A stretch of 64,000 nt of DNA from the human T2T-CHM13v2.0 reference genome, Homo sapiens. Shown piece by piece: positions 57,887-64,000 of the stretch. The DNA is taken from the NCBI RefSeq assembly GCF_009914755.1, contig NC_060925.1; one strand, given 5' to 3'. The translations under genes were made by a program, and so were the position numbers. Positions within the stretch are counted from its first letter, which is position 1; each line of letters begins with the position of its first letter. The notes below the pieces were generated by a model. The model was not told the DNA's origin, did no database searches, and saw only the letters and a list, made by a program, of their open reading frames with translations.

Positions 57887-60800
57887 TATTGTATGTCTAT
57901 ATATATATACACACATATGTATATACTACATAAAGAATGAAGAATAAGTAATGTACAGATTACAAACATTTCCACATTATTCATCTCGTTAAATCTTCAC
58001 ATCGAAAGGTAATACAGAAAGGGTAATACAAAAAAAATTTAAAAACTTGAGTGAAGATAACAACAAATAGATCTGTAATGGAGAGACCAAGTCAACTTTA
58101 CCTGTAACTATCAATCAGTGTGAGTCCTCTTTTCCCCAACAGATGGTGTGGAAGGAGAAAAATGGGAGTACATCATGCTGCGTTCCAAATCGTTTATCAT
58201 CTTAAAAATGTGGGAAAGCTAGAATTGGTAAACAAGACTTTTGTAAGCATGCATAAAACATATTAAATATTTGGTGGCAAGGGATTTCCATGAGGCTTTC
58301 ATGGGAGTTAATAAATCAACAGAAACCACTTACCGAAACATTTTCATGGGTCCAGTGGAATTCTAAGCAAATATCAGGTTTAAGAATGAAAAGTCAGTTA
58401 TATTTTCAACGTAATCTCACGTTCAAAGAAGTGTAAAAGATGCTTAAGTGTTAATATTTTATGTTTCCCCACTCTCAGCAGTAAATGCAGCCCATTAAAA
58501 AGAATGCTAAGCCATAGCTGTTAGCACTGGCAAGGGACCAAGGAAACACTGAACCTTCACAGAAGGGGGTTAATTGCTACACGAAGAGGTAATTTATTAA
58601 GGAACACTGAAGCCCTGTATATTCCCCAATGTGAGGCTGAACAGCAAAATCTTATGTGAATATTACATTTGATAATCAAGGCCTTTTCTATGGCAGACTT
58701 CAGAACTAGCTAAGCTAAACAAAAAGGGGCAATGGAGGGGAAAAAGGGAGAAAGAAAAAATTCCAACACCATTTTTTCTCTATGGCTCCCATAAACCTTT
58801 ACACGGTGCCCTCCAGTCTGCCGCCCCCACCACCAGGAAAAGTTTGCTGCTCCATAAACCTCTTGGTGGCTGATGAGAAAGTCTCACGTAACTATCAGGT
58901 GCAGGGGCAGCTTCTACTGTTTTTTATTTGTCCAGATCTGATGCTTCAGTATTCTTCCGAGTGTCAAACTTAATTTTCACCATTTGTCAGAGCAATGTTT
59001 TCAGAACCTTATCATGTTGAACTAGACCTTCTTTTCCATCACAGTTCAGACCAATATCACGTGGCCTATTAAACATCAAGTGTGAAGAAAATAGTGGCCC
59101 CCCATGTCCCATGCCTAATGTCTTCCTTTTGGCAGAATTTCGTTCTTAGTCCAATGGGCGCCTTGTTCTGTCCTGAGCTTATGATTTTGTCAATGGCAAA
59201 GGTTCAAGAGACAAGTAGAGTCCAAAAGCAAGTGTGAGGGCCAAAGTGGCTCTGAGAAATCATTTTACCTAAGAAGCTGATGATGTTCTTGGCGGCACTG
59301 GCAACGGATTTTGGAGTCTCAGAGAACTAGGGTAGGAGAATTAGTTTTACCTCTTTGTCTTTCTTTTTTTTTTTAACATCTCCAACAGCAAATTGTCATT
59401 GAAGAAAAATTCCCTTGGGAAAAAAAAATAGAGCAAAGGAGAAACTGGTTGTTCCATCTTTTTTATTTTGGGCTTAGTCTTCTAGCTATCTCTAATCAAG
59501 CCCTCAAAAAATGAGTATTTATGGGGTGCAGATCTTCCTCCTGGCACTGGGCTGATAGAGGTGATAGAATACAGAAAGCATATAAGACGTGGCCTGGTCC
59601 AGCCCTTAAAGTGTTCAGTATCATAGGAAAGATTTGTTTTAATAATCCATGTGAAACAAATAACAACTTTATAGTATCTACAATAGGGATAACAGAGAGA
59701 GAGCACTTTGAGAAGATTTGAATGGGTCCTTATTCTTCTTCCTTGTTGAGCTACTCTTCTACTTCACTTTGTATTTTTATTTATCACCCTTCTCCATGTA
59801 TTCTATATCTTGCGGGCCTTTTCTTGTCCCTGAGCTGCACATGCCCAAAGCCCTATCTGGACCTTTCACCACCCACTTAACATCATGCAATCTAGAAGCC
59901 TCCATGATCAAAATTATGTCTCACACTTGCAACTAATCCCCCTAAGACACCCCCTTTTCTTCAATATCAATGGTGTCAGTGGAAAAAAAATACCAATTAA
60001 GCTACTTTACACAAAGCAGTAGGTGTCCGAAGCATCCCCTTTTTCCATCCCCTTCTTCTTCTTCACATATTTTTCTGATTGTTGACTTTATATGGGAATA
60101 TCAAATTCTAAGACTAGATCCTGAGCATGTATCACATGATAGGGTGACCAGGTGTAAACCATGGGAGGGGACTGAGAGGTTTCTTTCACAGCTTCTGAGG
60201 ACTATCCATCCACCATCCCACTTTAAACTATCATCAAGTTTCATAACTGTTCTTGCCCTTTTTTTATTTGGAGTTTGACAGCATATTGCTATATTTCATA
60301 TATGATCTTATGGCAAGGGAGAAGAGGAACCACTCTTTCTATAGAGCAAAGGGAAGAGTATGCCCTAAGCCAAGAGACCACAATACATGTTCTGTTTTCC
60401 AGCTCCCAGTAGGGGATGTACCTGTCTCTTGGAGACCCTTAGGAAACGAAAGACAGGAATGGTTCCTGTTAGACAAGAGAGAAAAGCTTGGATCCCCCAG
60501 GATGCAGACTGGTGTGGCTTCCTAGGATCCTCAAGATACTTTCTGTTCTCCTTTCTTTTCTCTCTTCATTTAGAATTTCAGATACCTATCTTGGCTACAT
60601 ATAACTAATACTAAGCATGGTAATTTACACATGAAAAACATTTTCAGTAATTTTTTATATTTTTTAATTTTTTCAGCTAGTTATGTTTATTTCTTTTACT
60701 GCATAAGTGCTTTCTTAATTGGATTAGTATATCATCCAGTTAAAGCAGCCTCTATTCAGGATTATTTTTCACTTAGGCCCTCATTTTGGGCAGATTTGAA

Positions 60801-62209
60801 AATCACATTAATAATCACTATTAAGCTCATAAGATGAAACCAAACCTACACATACATGCACATTTCCAACGACTGCAGACTTTTGGTTTTTAATCTGATT
60901 TTAAAGAAAGCCTGTGTTAGTTATTTTCTGCAAGTACTCCATTGAGGAGTGTCTTATCCTTTCAATCTTGAAGTTTATCTTGGAATTTATCTAAAAGGAA
61001 TTATTTTGGTCACAAGGGTCAACACCCCTTTTCTTTCTTAATCTTTGTTTTTAGTTTTCTTTCTAAGGAATTGGAAGAAAACACAGGCAGATGAGTAGTT
61101 AAGCAATCCCAGAACTTTGCATGTCACTTGGCCCAGAACCAGGCACATGTAAAGGTCTTCACTTGCCAAAAACACACCAGGGACCTCTTAAGCAATCAAG
61201 AATTGCTACATGTGTGCAAGAGCTAACATCTTGAAGACAATTGAAATTGGTAATTCAGTTACCCTTTGTTTCTCATACATTTACCCTCTGAGCATCTCGA
61301 CATGCTGGAGCATGGAGATCCAAACTGGAAACGCTTGAATGCTCCTTCTGCTTGTGGAAAGGTGACAAGGGCATTCCTTCTTGTTCACAACTGGGCATCA
61401 TGAAGAGGAATGGAGGACTGGTGGAGGACTGGACTCTACTCTCAAGAATCTCTGGGGAAATGAGAAAAAAAAAAGGGAAACAGCGACAGAAGAAAAAGCA
61501 GCAAAACAAAGGACACACTAAAACCAAGAAGAGTGAAATAACAAAAGGAAGCCAAAGAGAAACTCAACCAAGGGTCAGGTTCTACTTCTTGTATAGTTCT
61601 TTTGGGACCACTGATAACATAAGTACATAAGTAGGAACTGATCCTCAAAAAATGGGGCCTTTATTTACATGAAACAAGAAGGACTTATTTTTGCTCGTGG
61701 CATTTGTTCTATTTAAAGGGAAGTGAACTACCTCCAGTCTTTCCCGCATATGAGTATTCCACTTCTGAAAATGGGATCTCAAATATATAAGACATTATTC
61801 ACTACCTGCATTTGATATGAGAAGAATTAAAGTATTCCCAGCAGTTTTATTCACATTTATTATAGTGGGCCAGGAGATTTTCCATAAAAATGAGTAGCTC
61901 CCAGTGGGGAAAAAAATGTATAGAATTTGCTGATCTTGAACACAGTGTATTTATATAATACGTTTTATCACCCATAGGCCTTACAGAGCTAGGTTTTCTC
62001 CTGGGAAGCACTGTTAATATTTCAACCTCTGTATATGCCAAATGGAAACAAAGATTATTTGAAAAGGTAAATACCAGGCTTTCATTCTTCCTGGCACAAC
62101 ACCGATGCTGCATATTTAACTTGAGTTACTAAGAAAACTGAGGGTCTTTTGCAAGATGTGGCAACATTATGCAAATGACTAATTCCAGTTAAATTCTTTT
62201 AAGTGAAAT

Positions 62210-62610
62210 ATGTTACTCAGCGGTCTTTTGATTGCAAGTGATAGAAAACTAATCAAATTAACTTAGAGGAAATTTACTCATAGATAATGAAGCATCTCAC
62301 ATTATCAAATGAAGGGTTAAATAACCAATTCACTGGAAGGACGAGAATGCTGCTAGCCCTCAAAAATAAATGCAACCAGAGTTTCAAACAGTGAGGATTT
62401 TCTGTGTCTCTTATGTTGCTTTTCTCTGTATGTCAACTTCTTTCTTTAAATTTCCTCCACAAGGCAAGAAACATGCCTTCTGGCCAGTCCTAAGCATCAA
62501 AGCATCATAGCTAACAGCTTTTAATAACAAAAAAGATTTTACCCTATTCTTTATTCAAATACCCAGGCAAAGGGTTCTGATCGGTTTGGCTATATCGGGT
62601 GCTCATCCTG
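62210..62610 (-). mobile_element. MLT1K-like MaLR LTR remnant
   Basis: GGTCTTTTGATTGCAAGTGATAGAAAACT terminus. Confidence 0.55.
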
Positions 62611-62889
62611 TAAGCCGTAAAGTGATCCTTGCATCAGACTATCAGAATATGCTCTTTCCTCGTGTTCCGTATGCCTCCATCATATGATTGTTTGGCAAAG
62701 TAAGAGTGAATGCTCTCTTCCTTTCAGTTCAGCACCAAGAGCAGCATCATGGTAAGTAATTTAGGAAGCATAAAATCAATGTGGAAGTCCTAGTTGGTCT
62801 ACTCGTGAGCTGAGACCTTCAGACAAATCGCCCACCTCTTTGAGTTTGAGTTTCGACCTCAATAGAATCAGAGAAAGAAGCCCTTTCTC

Positions 62890-63410
62890 AAAAGAAGGGC
62901 TGACTGATGCAACAGCATGGATGAATCTTTCATTCATTACACTGGATGAAAGAAACTGGGAGCAAAGGAGGACATAGGATATCATTCTGTTATGAAATTC
63001 GAAAATAGAGCCAGGCACAGTGGCTCACACTTGTAATCTCAGCACTTTGGGAGACTGGAGCAGGAGGATTGCTTGAGCCCTGGAGTGTGAGACCAGCCTA
63101 GACAACATAGAGAGATCCTGTCTTAAAAAAAAAAGAGAGAGAGAGAGAGAGAAAGAAAGAAAGAGAAAATCTAAAAGAGGCGAGACTGTCTTATAGTGAC
63201 AGAAACTCAATCAATGGTTACCTGGGTTGTGTGGTGGAGACTATTGAATGAAGAAGACATGAGGTAACTTTCTGGAAAAATTAAAATGTTCTACATCTCG
63301 ATTCAGGTGGAGTTACGTAAGTGTATATATTTTGTCAAAAGTCTTTAACCCATACACTTAAAGTGTGAGAATTTCATTTTATGTAAATTGCACCTCAATA
63401 AAAGTTGAGT
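62890..63410 (+). mobile_element. L1MB/MC 3' end interrupted by a FLAM
   Basis: GCAACAGCATGGATGAATCT...AAATGTTCTACATCTCG...GTAAATTGCACCTCAATAAA. Confidence 0.75.
63010..63165 (+). mobile_element. FLAM_C-like Alu monomer with A/(GA)n tail
   Basis: Single monomer with GGAGGATTGCTTGAGCCC followed directly by a tail. Confidence 0.88.
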
Positions 63411-63478
63411 GTCTTTTAAAAGTATATCAGAGGCTTGAGATGAGCATGAAATGACGCAGGGCACATCAAAGCACTTTT

Positions 63479-63773
63479 TTTTTTCTTTTTGAGATGAAGT
63501 TTTGCTCTTGACGCCTAGGCTGGAGTGCAACGGCAGGATCTCGGCTTACTGCAACCTCCGCCTCCTGGGTTCAAGCAATTCTCTTGCCTCAGCCTCCTGA
63601 GTAGCTGGGACTACAGGTGCCTGCCACCACACCTGGCTAATTTTTGTATTTTTACTAGAGACAGGATTTCACCATGTTGGCCAGGCTGGTCTTGAACTCC
63701 TGACCTCAGGCCATCCACCTGCCTTGGCCCCCCAAAGTGCAGCGATTACAGGCGTGAGCCACTGCACCTGGCC
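63479..63773 (-). mobile_element. AluS (Sq/Sx-like) SINE
   Basis: Full Alu; perfect 12-bp TSD CAAAGCACTTTT at 63467-63478 and 63774-63785; TT/AAAA site. Confidence 0.95.
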
Positions 63774-64000
63774 CAAAGCACTTTTAAATCATAAAATAAT
63801 ATGCATATATCCTTGTTTTTTACTCCGTTTAATAGTATCTGCGGATAGTTGTTTAGTTAAGTCAGGACGCTGATACAGCCAACTATTAGTCAGACTCTAC
63901 TGCTATAAATTCCTCCTGCCTCTTTAGGCATATTTTATCTTTGCTCTTCCCATTGCAGGAGTCCACTCAACTAAATCCCAGGTAATAAGGCCTTTACAGT

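Overview
Hominoid, most likely human, non-coding DNA: AT-rich, CpG-depleted, with no CpG island and no recognisable host protein-coding exon. I cannot name the locus. Roughly half the window is transposable-element sequence. This includes 11 Alu/FLAM copies, one young 5'-truncated L1PA2 with perfect target-site duplications (TSDs), old L1M/L2/MIR fossils, MaLR/ERVL solo LTRs (MST, THE1, MLT1, LTR40) and DNA transposons (MER6A, MER2, MER20, MER30, MER58A, MER63, MER81, MER112, and a Charlie transposase fossil). The only genuine long ORF is the RT plus C-terminal part of L1 ORF2; the other ORF-track entries look spurious. Worth follow-up: (1) a 117-nt near-perfect hairpin between a sense LTR40 and the L1; (2) an acceptor-like TAG in phase with the open RT frame, which a distant ATG|GT exon candidate could supply with a start codon (speculative); (3) splice-signal-bounded exon candidates on both strands, suggesting unannotated lncRNA(s); (4) repeat-poor islands rich in HOX/TALE motifs; (5) a triple-nested transposon with intact TSDs; (6) a perfect 53-bp tandem duplication. 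Repeat family names come from recalled consensus sequences, and the boundaries of old elements are approximate.
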